NCBI GenBank assembly: GCA_046563655.1 | Contig: CM102288.1 | Location: 3,472,001 to 3,536,000, forward strand | Length of the DNA stretch: 64,000 bases | Direction of reading: 5' to 3' | Source: Yuukianura sp. NJ FZ-2021 | Taxonomy: Eukaryota | In this document: piece after piece, positions 35,101 to 47,317 of the stretch | How the letters are laid out: every line of letters starts with the position of its first letter | Numbering within the stretch: position 1 is the stretch's first letter | Translations under genes and position numbers: made by a program | The notes under the pieces: generated by a model | Database searches by the model: none | The model's input: the letters and a program-made list of their open reading frames with translations, nothing else | Told to the model about the DNA's origin: nothing

Positions 35101-38100
35101 AGTGCATAATTTTTTAAAAAGTTGGAGACAGGGGAACTTTCACATTTTTCAAAAAACTAAAAACTCACCTGACAGAGATGACAGAACTTTCCCACGTATC
35201 CAGGCTTACAGTTGGTACATTCATTGCAAACACAGTCTCCACGACCGCTGCACTCGTTTAAGTCGTCGCGGTTTTTACGACAACCTTCCTACAAGCACAA
35301 AAAGCAAGCAAAAAAAAGTCAAGTCATCAATTATGCTCCAAGCTTCAACTTTCTCCTAAATAAAGAAAAGTACTCCAAGGAAAACTTTCTTTTTGGGAAA
35401 AAAAAAGTTCAAAATTTTGAGAAAACGGAGGTTTTCTAATTTTTAATATGCTTTCTTTGCTTAAAAGCTTCTCATCAAAATCAGCTTATAAAAAAGTTGT
35501 GATTTCAATAGAAAGTGAAGGAGAAAGCTTTTAAAGCGTCGTTTGAACGCTATTGACAAAAATTTTGTCGTTTGCAGCGGGTGTAAGAAAAGTTTTCCTA
35601 AAGTTTGGCAAGGGAAAATTTACTGTTTGAATTTTTGAAAATACTTAAAACAACTTTTTTAAAAACTGAGTTAAGCAATTACCGTGTCTTTGGAACATGT
35701 ACAAGGAGCTTGTCCAGGAACTGACTGCCATCCGTCGTCACATGCACACTTTTCACAGTCACAACGCCCGTGTGACTCTGGTTTACAGAGGCATCGTCTA
35801 CTGTCACATTCACAACTGGGACCACTCCAGGGCTAAAATTTTGAAATTATTTTCAAAATTTTGGAAAATTGGCTACAAGAAATTTTATTTTTGATTTTAC
35901 TTCATTGCAAACGCATTGACCGCACTTGCACGTTCCACGATGCCCACCGCAAGGCTTGACACACCTTGTCCCGTCTCCTCCGCTTCCAAAAGGTGACCGC
36001 TCACATTGACATCTGTCACCTATTAAAAGTGTAAACAAAGTGTTACGCTTTGATTTGACCTTTGACCTTCACGCATGACCTTTGACCTCCAAAAGTTCAG
36101 CAGTTAAAGATTTCCTCACCTGTAAACTCTTTATTACAGTTGCAAATTCCACACTGCACAAATCTAAAAAATAACGGAAAATTTCATAATATGAAAATTC
36201 TAAATTATAAAGTTGAAAAGAAAATCATTTTTTGAAGATTCATTTTGTCTACCCATTGTTTGAACAAATTTGTTGTCTCCCGTTTTGTCCCGTTTTCCGC
36301 TCTTCACAGGCACATCCACATTTGAGATGCAAATTGACCTTGACGGTTTCCTCTGACCCCGTGGGGCTAATTTCCACTAGTTGTGTCCACTCTCTGTCCG
36401 AAAACTCCGCTGGACATCGCTTCAGCTCAAACTCTGCTATTATTCTACACCAAAATTCACAAAACTTTCTCTTTTTTTGAAATTTCAGAAACATCTAAAG
36501 TTGGCATAAGTTAATTTAAAAGCTTTTAAGGTGTCAATTTCCAGAAAAGTGGTGGAGGCCCTTACTCTACAACTGCATTTGGACTCAGATTGTGACACTT
36601 GCTTCCACGTACAAATCCCACGTTGGATCCACATTTCACGTAGTAAGTTATGCCCACTTCGGAGTCTTTCAAAAGGGGCTTCGAAGACAGCTCCAGTGTG
36701 GCCCGGATTTTCTAAAAGTCCAAAAAATGGCAAATTTTAGTTTCAAATTCACAGACAGGAAGAAGATGAAATGGAATATTTTTTGAAAATTAAAAATTAA
36801 TGAAGCCACTTACATCGTATTGAGCTCTGACAAGTTCACCCACTTCCGATGACTTGGCATCCAGCGGAATTGTAAAGGCGTAGTCGCTTACTAAGGCACT
36901 CAACGTCTTGTACAAATATTCCACTTCTTTTTGGACCGCGAAAATTATGAAAATCCGCTTCTCCCGGATTTTGGCAATGATCTGGGCCACTGACGGGTAG
37001 TCCAAGATGGTCGAATGGGTGTACAGCCCATTAGAGTCCAAGTGACACTGACCATCATTCGGCAGAACAATTCCACCCAACTGCAAAAGGAGACAACAGA
37101 ATTGACCTTTGACCCGTAGCCTGAATTGACCTTTGACCTTTACCTTTCCATCTCCAGCAATGTGAAATGTTCCATCTGTTGACACTACAAGAATTCGATG
37201 TGCTTGTGGGCGCCATCCTAAAAACAAATGGAAATATATTTGTTTTGTTGTAGGTTTCTTAAAATAGGTTGAAATTTGAATACATATGCGTTCATTTGTT
37301 ACAATAGGTCGAATATGGTCATTCTTTATCATTTATGATTCATTCATTCAGATTTCAGAAAAATTCAAATATTTTGAAATGTTTTAAAATTTTGATTTTT
37401 TCTTTCAAAAATGCATTAAAAGTGAAAGTTGACCAACCGATTTGTTCTGTGCATTCGAGCACTTGCATCATGGCGTCCAGACCCCCTTCCGGAGCATCTA
37501 AGTTGACAGAAATCTGAGCCTCTTTGACCTTTCTCTCAAAAACGGGATCCGATTTGTCGACCAAGGTCAGCTTTAACTGATTTTCAAACCCATAAACAGG
37601 TCGAAGGTGACGGTCACTGCAATTCCAAAATTCAAAAAAGGAAATTTCAAAAACCGAAATTTCAAAATAAAAAGTTCACAGGCTTACGGATTTTTGATGT
37701 GACTCTGCGATGCAAAAGGCATGAGTGGTTTGTCCACAAACGAGCCAAAACCCATCTTGAGGTCAGTCGTAGTACTTTGAAGGGCAGCGGCAAAAGTTCG
37801 TCCAAGTTGAACCACTGCTGGCTGTAACAAAAATTGACCTTTGACCTCTGTTGACCTTTTTAGTAAAAAGTAAGTTAAAGGCTTTGACCTTGTCATCTTC
37901 CATGGTTTGCGACAAGTCCATCAAGTAGTATAGGTCAAGTGGTTTATTTCCTGGATCAGTGTAGGTGAAACTGATGTTGACCTTTTGGTCAACCCAGAGA
38001 TTGACGTCGTACCCCGAGGGGACGAGACCTGGCCGTCCAGCGTGCTGCAACTGCTGGGCCCACGGTTGACCTTTGACCTCAAACGAGCTGCAGCCTTCCC

Positions 38101-38435
38101 GCGCATGTCCGGCATGCGTATTGCATCGGTCGTACATACTGTTTTGATTCTCCAGGTATCGCTGTAACAAAGAAGCTGCCAATTAGAGCAACTTTGCTAC
38201 TGGCAAGGTCACGAGGTCAACTTACCGGATCGTTACACCAAACACACCCGCGGATTTGGTGACACAAGCCACATTGCTTCTGCTGGCGACATAGATTTGA
38301 CAGGTCGTTGCCCTCTTCCCCCTGGGGGTACAAGTTTCCCTGATGACGGGGAATTTGAGCATGACCTCCGCCCAAGGTCAAAGTCCAAATGACGCAAATG
38401 GAGAAGATTGAGTTAATTAATAATCTAGTACTCAT
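32137..38435 (-). CDS. Integrin beta subunit (divergent), multi-exon
   Basis: Signal peptide, PSI domain (CRQQKQCGLCHQIRGCVWCND), beta-I domain (DLYYLMDLSQTMEDDK, GFGSFVDK, NLDAPEGGLDAMMQ, GGIVLPNDGQCHL, DYPSVAQI), Cys-rich EGF repeats, TM (IIAGTTSSILFIGILTLILWK). Last exon 32199-32137 encodes GGNPLYKEATSTFQNPAYTE with two NPxY motifs. Confidence 0.95.
33055..34368. mobile_element. Non-autonomous foldback (long inverted-repeat) DNA element, 1314 bp, with a 6-bp TSD TGAAAG, in an integrin intron
   Basis: Begins TATGGAGGGGCATTGATGACTCCAAAGATAAAT and ends with its exact reverse complement. The ~600-bp arms are near-identical around a short spacer (~33661-33777). TGAAAG occurs at 33049-33054 and 34369-34374. 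No coding capacity. Confidence 0.92.
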
Positions 38436-38929
38436 TTTGTTAGGCTAGTTGACTACTCTCAACTTAATTTGGGAGTGACACTTCTTCAAAATCCTAAAAA
38501 AAAGTTGGTCTCATTCTCCTCTCAAAACTTTTTCCTTGTTTTGGTTATCCGGTTTTGTCCAATTTTCTCGGTTTTTGGTTGTGGTTTGAAAAAAAAGTTC
38601 GTAAAAAGAGGAAATGATGCACGTCCAAGCTTTTATTTTTAATTAAGCAGACTAATTATAACGAAATCTATTAAAAATTTAACACTACGAAAATTTTATT
38701 AAAATTTTTATCAACTTTTACTGTAAATCGAATTGGAATTCACTCCTGCAAAAAATAAAAAACGCTAATAAGTAAGGCAAAAAAATGAACTCAATGAAAA
38801 AATGAAAAATGAAATCAAAAATGAAGAATGTCCTTAACTGAAATTTTGTCGTATTCAAATACCACAACTCAACTCAATAATTTTTAAATGGATGACAACT
38901 TTTTTGCCACAGTTTCCAACAGTTAGAAG

Positions 38930-38979
38930 AAAAAAAAATTGCCATGGCAACTACTCAGTTGCCATGGCAATTTTTTTTT
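38930..38979. promoter_or_regulatory. Perfect palindrome (23-bp arms, 4-nt loop) containing two RFX X-box matches
   Basis: ATTGCCATGGCAAC (38938-38951) and GTTGCCATGGCAAT (38958-38971) each match 13/14 of the X-box GTTGCCATGGCAAC. They lie ~150-180 bp upstream of the ADAM-like ATG. Confidence 0.7.
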
Positions 38980-39119
38980 CAACGGCAGATTTAATGACTT
39001 TCAAACACAAATTTTATGTTTACAGGATTTTTGCTTTTCATTTTTTGTACTCTTTTAATTTTCTTTTGGCATTTTTTAGAAATTTGTAAATATCGATCAT
39101 TTTTCGTCCAGAAATAGAA

Positions 39120-41812
39120 ATGTGGAACCAAAAGTTGGAAAAAATGAATCGTTGGCATATTCTCTGTACGCTAGCGTTAATTTTTCTTCTCCTCCAATCA
39201 GCAGCGTCAAAACCAAATCATCGCCGTATTGCAAAACATAAACGCGCCAAAGATAAATTCGTTTTAACTTCTACTCGACAAGGCAATTGGAACTGGAATG
39301 GATCGGGTGCTGGACAGGAAGAAGAAGTCGGCGGATGCATTCGGATTGACATTCATGTTCCCGGTAAAATTTCAAAGTTCAAATAATTCCGTGAAATTTA
39401 AATCTCAAACGTATTTTCCTATGTTCCAGAAAACTTTGATCCGATGCCACTTTGTCTCAAGCGAAAGTCTCCCGATACGAAAATTGCAGGATTTCACAAG
39501 GATTTCAAACTTCGCATTCCAGTTTCTGGTTCTAGTCAGCCATTGGTCAAGGTAAATCACTAGTATTTGAGACTCTTATTTTGAAAAATTCAACGTAGCC
39601 CGCGTTTTTTTTCTCTAAAAGTTTTTGAAATCTGTCTCCAGGAACTCAGTATTCGCGACATTTTGACTAAAAATTTTGCCGTTGATGGCTATGTCATTGG
39701 CCTCGGAGTGTCCTTTGCCACGGGCTACTTTAGTGACAAGTAATTCGATTTTTTCAAAAAATGTAGTTGTGTGCTGTGTTTTTTTCAAATTTTTAAATTT
39801 GGCACTTTTTTCAAGTGCATTTTATGGAACGCTTCTGTACCGCCATTTTTTGAAGGATCAAACCATCCACTGCTCAATTCTGCCGATTAGTCAGCTCTCT
39901 GAGTTTGTCAACATGACTAAAATGGACGACGGACGGAAGCAACGCTTCATTTACAAGAAAACTATCAAGAAATACCGCGAAATTGGACCGAATGCAATCG
40001 TTGCCTGCGCAGACATGCATCATCATCGAGACATTCCCAGTCCATTTGTTGACAATGGACCACGCAGCCCAACTAACGTCAAAATCTCAAAGTCAAAGAC
40101 GTCAAAAGTTCCAGTAGGGCAAAAAGTACGTCAAAAAAGACAAGCTCCACCTCCAAACGGTATCGATCCGCCTCCTGGTGCTGATGGTGCTGCATCCCCT
40201 GATGTTGCTCCACCCCCGGATGCTGGATTGGGCGACAATGCTGCTCCCCCTCCTGAAATGGGTCCGGCAGTATCCGGATCCGAGTCTGCTGGAACCCCGA
40301 AACCAAGCAAACAGGAAATCAAGGCCAACAAAACTTTGTCCAAGTTTACAAAAGTTGACAAGTAAGGTGACCTTGACCTTAACTTTGACGTTGAACTTGA
40401 CCTTGACCTTGATATTAGGCATGGAACTTATTATGCCACGGTGTGTTATATCGTTGATGCAAGTTATTTGGACAAGCGATTCAACGGTACACCGGAACAG
40501 GCAACACTTCTGCTGGGCGGTTTTGTGGAAATCGCTGATTGGATCTTGCGTGCCACGGATTGGAACATGGACGGAGTACCTGACAACATTGGCATGCGTC
40601 TTCTGGAAGTAAAATTTAGAAAAAACTTTCAAAAAATGTTTTTTGAATTTTCAAAATTTTAAATTTTGAACAGGTCAATATCCAATTCATGACAAAGGAG
40701 CTGAAGCAAATGGATGAAAAATGGGGCAGGTCACCAGGCGGCGCTTTTCAAAGACGCAGCAAAATTTTCAACATTCTCCGGCAAGCTGGAACGTACATGA
40801 ATACGGACTGCGATGTTCGATCGGGCATTGGAGAAGTCAATGTGGCCAAGTACATCATACATGAACCCGGAGGATGTAAGAAGGTCAACGACCTCCAAAA
40901 TTCATTGACCTTGACCTTTGACCTTTGTAGGTACTGCATGTAAGCATGAATTTTTGACCTCCTTTGTGAATCCCTACATGGAAAAGTACAGTCCCCGAGG
41001 CGAACAACTTCGTTTGATGTACCACCAAATCCGAGTACTCGCTTTTGCGTTTGCACATACTGACAGCTACTGTACAAATTGTTCCACGACGACATCCGAA
41101 GACAAGTTGTCCACAGTCGTTGCATCTTTTGAACCAGGCGATGTCGACTGGGGAGCTTGTATTGTCGAAGGTGACGGTCAAACACACAGCAACATTCCTT
41201 TGAACAGTTTCAGGTTAAAACACAAAGTTAAACTTTTCAAGGTCAAAGGGCACCCAGAAACAAATCACGCGGGTTGTTATTTCAGGTTGAGCGTGTGTAG
41301 CCGTGAAAGGGGAATGTCCTGTTTCAAAGAATTGGCGGCAAGGAATAATTGTCTCCAGTTCGATCCAGAAGACAACTACTGTGGAAACGGTAAAACCTTG
41401 ACCAGTGAAGGTCATAAAAGTTTGACCTTGACCTTTGACCTCTCATGATACAGGAATCGTCGAGGGTGATGAAGAATGTGACTGTGGAAGTCTTGCAACG
41501 TGTGTTGAGGAGCTGTGTACATGTAGTCCACGGTCTGGAAGAAATCCGTGTCGTAAACTGGACCCAGTCGATCGAGCCCTTTGCTTTACGCTGATTCGCT
41601 GCCGAGGATTTCGCTATTTATATGAAACGGGACAAGGAAATGGATCCAACTTCATGCCAGCATTCAGCACTTTTGTGGACGGAACGCATTTTCGGATTGG
41701 GCACAGAAGCGCTCTGGGTGACGACAATGACTTTAGCATGGCCCTCAAACCTGCGACGGTCATGCTGACCTTGACCTTTGCCCTCACCATGTTCTGCATG
41801 ACCTTCAACTAA
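39120..41812 (+). CDS. ADAM10/ADAM17-like protein with a degenerate zinc site (probable pseudoprotease), truncated disintegrin and C-terminal hydrophobic tail
   Basis: Signal peptide, prodomain-like region, furin site RQKR (40129-40140), reprolysin-like start (TVCYIVDASYL...TDWNMDGVPDNIG), FRLSVCS...NNCLQ and the disintegrin start YCGNGIVEGDEECDCG. The zinc-motif position reads HQIRVLAFAFAHTD. Confidence 0.8.
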
Positions 41813-42557
41813 AAGGAATTCCAAAATTTTACTCAAAATGTACTAATGTACAACTTCAAGAGATTAGACTTTTGAAATTTAGGTTTTCAAAATGTGACGG
41901 CCGCTTTTCTAATAAAAACTTGAGTTTTGCGTAACTTCCGCTTCGGCAGTGACATTTTAAAAATAAAGTGAATTTTTTAAATTCTAAACTAATTTTTCGC
42001 ACAAGGTACTTCCTGGATTCTCTCATGTAGAGTCATATGGAGAGTGGAGGAGGGGATGAAGTGATTGTATGGAGCCACCAGGGTGGGGCCGGAATGTGGT
42101 GGGACTCTGTACAGTAACTTTCTCTCTTCAACCGCATACCTCTCAGGCCTAATTGGATTTCGTTGGGAAAAGGTAAACTTTCCTAAGTTCCGGCCTAATT
42201 CTATAAACGTGTAATCACTTTTCTACCACTTTGCACTCAAGTTATTTCCAAATTCAATTCAAACTACTTCACCTTCCCTACAACTTGGAACACTGCTGTT
42301 CTAAAAAAAGCATTTTCTAAACAGCATTTTTCTAAAAACAAGATTCTAGTTCCCAGCATTTCCTTAACTTTTTCAGCGTTTCGTTCATCTTTTGGGAAGA
42401 AAGTTAAAAAAAATACAAAGATTTTCCAAGGAGGATATTTTTATTTAAGAGCTGTAAGCTCTCATAAGGAGCTTATTTAATAAGCTACTTTTAGCAACGT
42501 TAATCAATTCCAAATGTTGTTGACCTCAACCTTGACCCCGACTTTGGTTTCACATGG

Positions 42558-43906
42558 TCATGGCCGTGCTGATTTTCCATCGACGAGCACCTTTGTGCTG
42601 TTGGTTGTTGATCTTTTAGATTGCGCAGTACGTTTGGGCGAGTTCAGACTTTTACTTCTCATTTTACGTCGTTTGGCCAACAATTCATTTATGGTGGCTC
42701 GGAGCTTGTTGACTTCCAATAGAGTTCCTTTGATATACTCCAGTTGACCTATGACATCACTGGAACGTACCTGGAATGTCAACGTCACGTAAACAATGTC
42801 AAGGTCAATGTCCAAACTAACGTTAACCAGAATATAGAATTGTATGTCACCTTTGGCGTTCTACCAAAAGATTCACAGATTTGACTAAAGATGTTGAACG
42901 TGGAAATTCTCAATTGTCCCAAAACCATTGTCCGGTGATGGGCTGTATCTTTGACATGCGCAAGTTGTGATTCTAGACGATGCCGCTCGTCTTGCGCCAG
43001 TGCCAAGTCTTCCGTAACGTCCGAAATGTAGTTATTCAGCAGTATTCCCTCATTTTCTTTAACCTGAAAGCTAGATTTAGTACTGGCAATACGACTGGGA
43101 GTATTAGTTAGTGACTTACGACCGAGTGACTGCTGAGTTCTTTTTCACGGCGCGTGATATTGAGTTGAAGGCGTTCATTTCGGCGTAGAAGCTCTTTTCG
43201 CGTGTCTAATAAAAGATTGGCTCGATCAATCAGTTGTTGAATGCTGCTGAATTCTCCGTGACTGGAGTCAACTACTTTGTCCAAGTAGTCTCGTATAACT
43301 CTAAACTTGTCAAGTCTTTCCAGCGTCTCATTCTTGGCATCAGTTAAGTAACATTTCTCCTTCAATTGTCCAATGAGACGCCGATGCCTTTCGGCCGCCA
43401 AATCATTGTTTCTAGCCGCCATTTCTATGGACCTCATAGTGTCATGTTTGCTATCCTGCAACGATAATGTAATGAGTTACGACATATAATCTACGCAGTA
43501 TCACTAACAAAGTACGACATAAGGTCAAGGTCAAGGGCTTACGGTATATGGTTTGTTAATGAGACTAATTGTTTCGTCAATTCCATGCAAAGTTTGTGAC
43601 GCATTGTGCCATCGCTGTTTAAATTCTAGTCGTTTTTCAGCGTGTCGCACGAGTTCGTTCCGTAGCAGGCGATCCATGCACGTGACATGTTGTTGTCGTA
43701 GTCGGTTGTCGTAGGCAGGGGCATACGTTGTTGGAAATTGGCTATCATGCTCTCGTATTCTAAAATAACAAGAGATTAGAGCGGAATTGGATTTAAAAAA
43801 AAAGCGTTGAATATTCGGAAGATCTACTGCTAACTTACGGTATCGTCCGTTCCAGGACAGAGTCAACGAAGTACTCTTCCATGTGTCTCTTTGGAATCGA
43901 CGCCAT
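42558..43906 (-). CDS. CCDC42: CCDC42/CFAP73-family (DUF4200) coiled-coil cilia/flagella-associated protein, 5 exons
   Basis: Spliced motifs EEYF, YLDKVVDSSHGEFSSIQQLIDR, ESQLAHVKDTAHHRTMVLGQLRISTFNIF and DVIGQLEYI resemble the CCDC42 family pattern as recalled, not from a search. Confidence 0.75.
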
Positions 43907-44688
43907 TTTAGTTAAGTTTTGTTGACGTTCCTTCTTCACAGTAGACAACCGCTGAAGTTTCGGTTTCGGTTTCTGCCGGTGGTATCGTTTCAAAGATTGC
44001 GCTTCCAGAAAAGAAAACGATTTGATTGATTGAAGTACCAAGTTCAAATGGAAGCATGACGAAGTGAAAATTCAGAAAAAGAAATTCTGGAGATGGTTCA
44101 ACACTCTAAAGAATCAACAAACGATTTAAAAAGTCTGAGGTGTTAGTTTTCATAGAAACTAGAGTTAATTTTTTTAAAATAGAGCTGTCAGCTAATTCGT
44201 CTCCTAATTTTGACATTTTTCAAATTTCACATGGACGCCTCAATCAAACCCACCAAATCGTGATCCCACCATCATGGCAAAATGGCATTATTTTACTATT
44301 GTCACGAGGCGCCAGGGGCTTTGGGAAATTTTTTTGAAATTTTGAAATTTTGAAATTGCGAGTACCGAAGACTCGTACTCATAAGAACATTACGAACAAA
44401 AACGCTACTTTTGTTCATTCGCGGGAAAAGCGCGCCAATTTCAAATTATTCTTTTTTGATTATCGAGGAATGCAACAAAAACAAATGACAAAATTGAAAT
44501 AAGATGAATGAATGAGATAAAGGAGGTAAAGAAAGTACGGTCTACGGTATACACGGAGACGAACGGTTACGGACGGAACGGAAACTAAGGTAATTGAGTT
44601 TCAATTAACAATTAATTGATTGATTTAATTGTGATTAAGACAATACTACTCGGAGCGACAGGCCTGACGACATCGAAACTTTTGAACA

Positions 44689-45529
44689 ATGGACGACAAC
44701 CTTGCAGCCGAAGTGGTCGCAGCTGTTGTATTTCCAGAAGAGAATCCCGAGGTAGAGGATATGGAAATTCAGGAAAATCATGATAAAGACGACACTAAAG
44801 CTGTTGCAGTAACTGTTCATGCAGGTAAATCGTCAAAAGTACTGGAGTACTGGATATGTGTGTTGGTTAGCCAGCAAGACTAAGCAATACTTCTACCTTT
44901 ATTATAGGAACATCAACATCTACTGGGACTGAGGATGCTGGGCCTTACCCGCTTCCCCCGAATTTTGACGAGCTGATCTTCAGAATGATGCTTGGCGAAA
45001 ACTTGTTGGCGGAGCCGTTTCAGCGGGGTGACGGACGATCCCAGCAGCAAAAGATTGGAAACAAGGGTTCTAAGGTGTCACCCTGTGTTCAAACGAAGTT
45101 GATCAAGGTCGAAAGTGAAATGGCCCGTTTGGCTAAAGAAGCCCAAACGTTGCGTAGTGTTAAACGGAAAATTCATAAAGTGAACAGCATCATGGTAAAC
45201 AAACAGTATGCTGATAATCCAAATCATAAAATGACTTCAATTTTTAATATTAGTTTGTGTTTTAGGAAGAAGACGTAAAGTACTTGATGTACGGAATGAA
45301 CTTCATGACAAATATTGAGCATTTCTTCCGTACAAATTCCACTGGAATTTACGACGCCCTTCTTGATTTGGTAAGCACCTCTGAACAGACACAAAGTAGC
45401 AAACGCTTTTGGCTTTTAAAACCCTTTTAATTTGGTTATTTCACCATCGTCATGTTCTTTCCTTTCTTCTTTCAGGATAACGAGCTCTTGCGTCAGCACG
45501 ATATCGCGGCTAACCTTCGGTTGGACTAA
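44689..45529 (+). CDS. Hypothetical orphan protein, 4 coding exons (acidic N-terminus, coiled-coil-like middle)
   Basis: GT-AG introns join an open frame MDDNLAAEVV...GTSTSTG...KVESEMARLAKEAQ...EEDVKYLM...DNELLRQHDIAANLRLD-stop. No recognisable family. Confidence 0.55.
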
Positions 45530-46015
45530 ACTTTTTGTCTCCAGCGAGTCACCTAACAGACCTAACACCTCATCGTTTTCTAATCCATATTACTGAATCA
45601 ATTACTAAGCTTTCCTTCCAGTTTGAGTAAATGAACTTCTTTTTGTCCTGACTGAAGTAATGAATCATCGTTGTCAACAATAATATCTCAAGGTCAGCCT
45701 CATTTTTGCAGAAAGTTGTATAGCCGAATAACATGATGCACGAATCTAATTCTCTGACCTGTCGGGATTGGCTCCCGATTGTCCAAACTGCCAGTTGACC
45801 TTACTCCCTTGTTCATTCCAACTGTAATGGGATTACTATTCCCATTATCGGAGCTGGTGAGCACTTAAGTGCCCCCTCATCTCACTTCTTCCTTCGTCGC
45901 CTGTTGGTGTAAGCAATCTAAAACTTAATTAACAGCCTTTCGTTGAGTGCTTTGGTTTGGTCGAATGAGGATAGATTTAATTTTGTTCTCAGTCGTGTTT
46001 TCCTTTTATTGCAGA

Positions 46016-47165
46016 TCTCCACACAACCACTGCAGAAGATCTTAAGGTGAAAGCGAAAGTACCACCATTGCTGTGACAGCAGCGATCGAGTAGAAGCGAA
46101 GGGGCTTAAGTTTAGACGTTCAGGAACAATGACACCTTTGTCCAACTTCATTGCTTACTTTACTAAATTAGAGGTGTAATTGTTTTCTGGTTTTCTCTTT
46201 CTAGCACAACAGACGCTGATACTGCGGAGGTTAGAGGCAAAAGGAACATCAAAGTGTCGCTTCTAATCCTTTTCAGGATGTCAGCGAAAAGAGGATCAGC
46301 GTCTATTCAGCCAAAGCTTTTCCGATTTTGAACAAGAAACAACTCTCTTCCGCTTCTACTTTCTCCAAAACCGTTTTCAAGTTTTGTTCAAAATGGAAAA
46401 AGATTTTGATTTCGAGGAAGGAAACTGTTGCTTCTTCTTATGTTTCTACTACTCAAAAGGCTGGAAGCCTTTTGTTTCGTTTCAGAAAAACAAAGGAACC
46501 AACATCTAATTAAGGTTTCTTGTTCAATTTATTTTCAGTTCCATTTCGAACAGTTTCCAAGTATAATTGACAGTAGTTGAGATTTATTTGATGTTTTTAC
46601 TAATTACAACTTTTTCAGAAGCCCAGGAGGGAAAACTTTACAAAGAAACCAAAACGGAGGCACAACTTTTACTAAAACTTAGCGTTTCCGTTCAAAATCT
46701 ACAAATCTAAAACAAAAGTTGTCGGATATGCTGATCTTCGTCGAACCACGCTTGGGACAATGCTGGAAATTAAGGTGTTTCATTAGTATTTGCTAATTAA
46801 CATTGTAAGCTGCTTAAATTTTGTGCTAATTAATCACGTTTTACATTAGATTAACCAGCAGCTGAAGCGACAAACATGACAATCCGGAGCGGCTAAGAGC
46901 AAACACGGAGTTCAACAATGCTGTGAAAATGTCCGCCAAAAACCAAACAGCAAACTTGGCCGCCGTGTTGAAAGATCGAAAGAAATCGCTGCATGAGTTA
47001 GGAAGTTACCAGTTCCATTGTAGTTTAGCTACTATTTATATCGCTGCAACAGTTCCAAGGAATTCAAACTGTCTCAATTTCAGCGATTTAAAATTTCCAA
47101 AAAGCGATTTTCAAAATGCTCACGTCTTTTCGATAGATCAGTTCTGGAATTTACTGGATCAATGA
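46016..47165 (+). pseudogene. Possible decayed multi-exon gene or spliced lncRNA
   Basis: Several acceptor/donor pairs (e.g. exons starting 46016, 46205, 46277, 46619, 46850) flank coding-like segments (PFKIYKSKTKVVGYADLRR; RLRANTEFNNAVKMSAKNQ) that are broken by stops and frameshifts. Confidence 0.3.
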
Positions 47166-47317
47166 CGGCTGAGCTGATGTTTTTTACAATTCAATTTAAA
47201 CTAAATCTGTCGTTCTAGAAAAATAGTTTTAACTGTATAGCGAGGTACTGGTAGGCTGACTAATCCTAGGATTCGGTCGGAACTAGGCGTTTTTCCTGAT
47301 GAGATGTTTTCAGTAGT

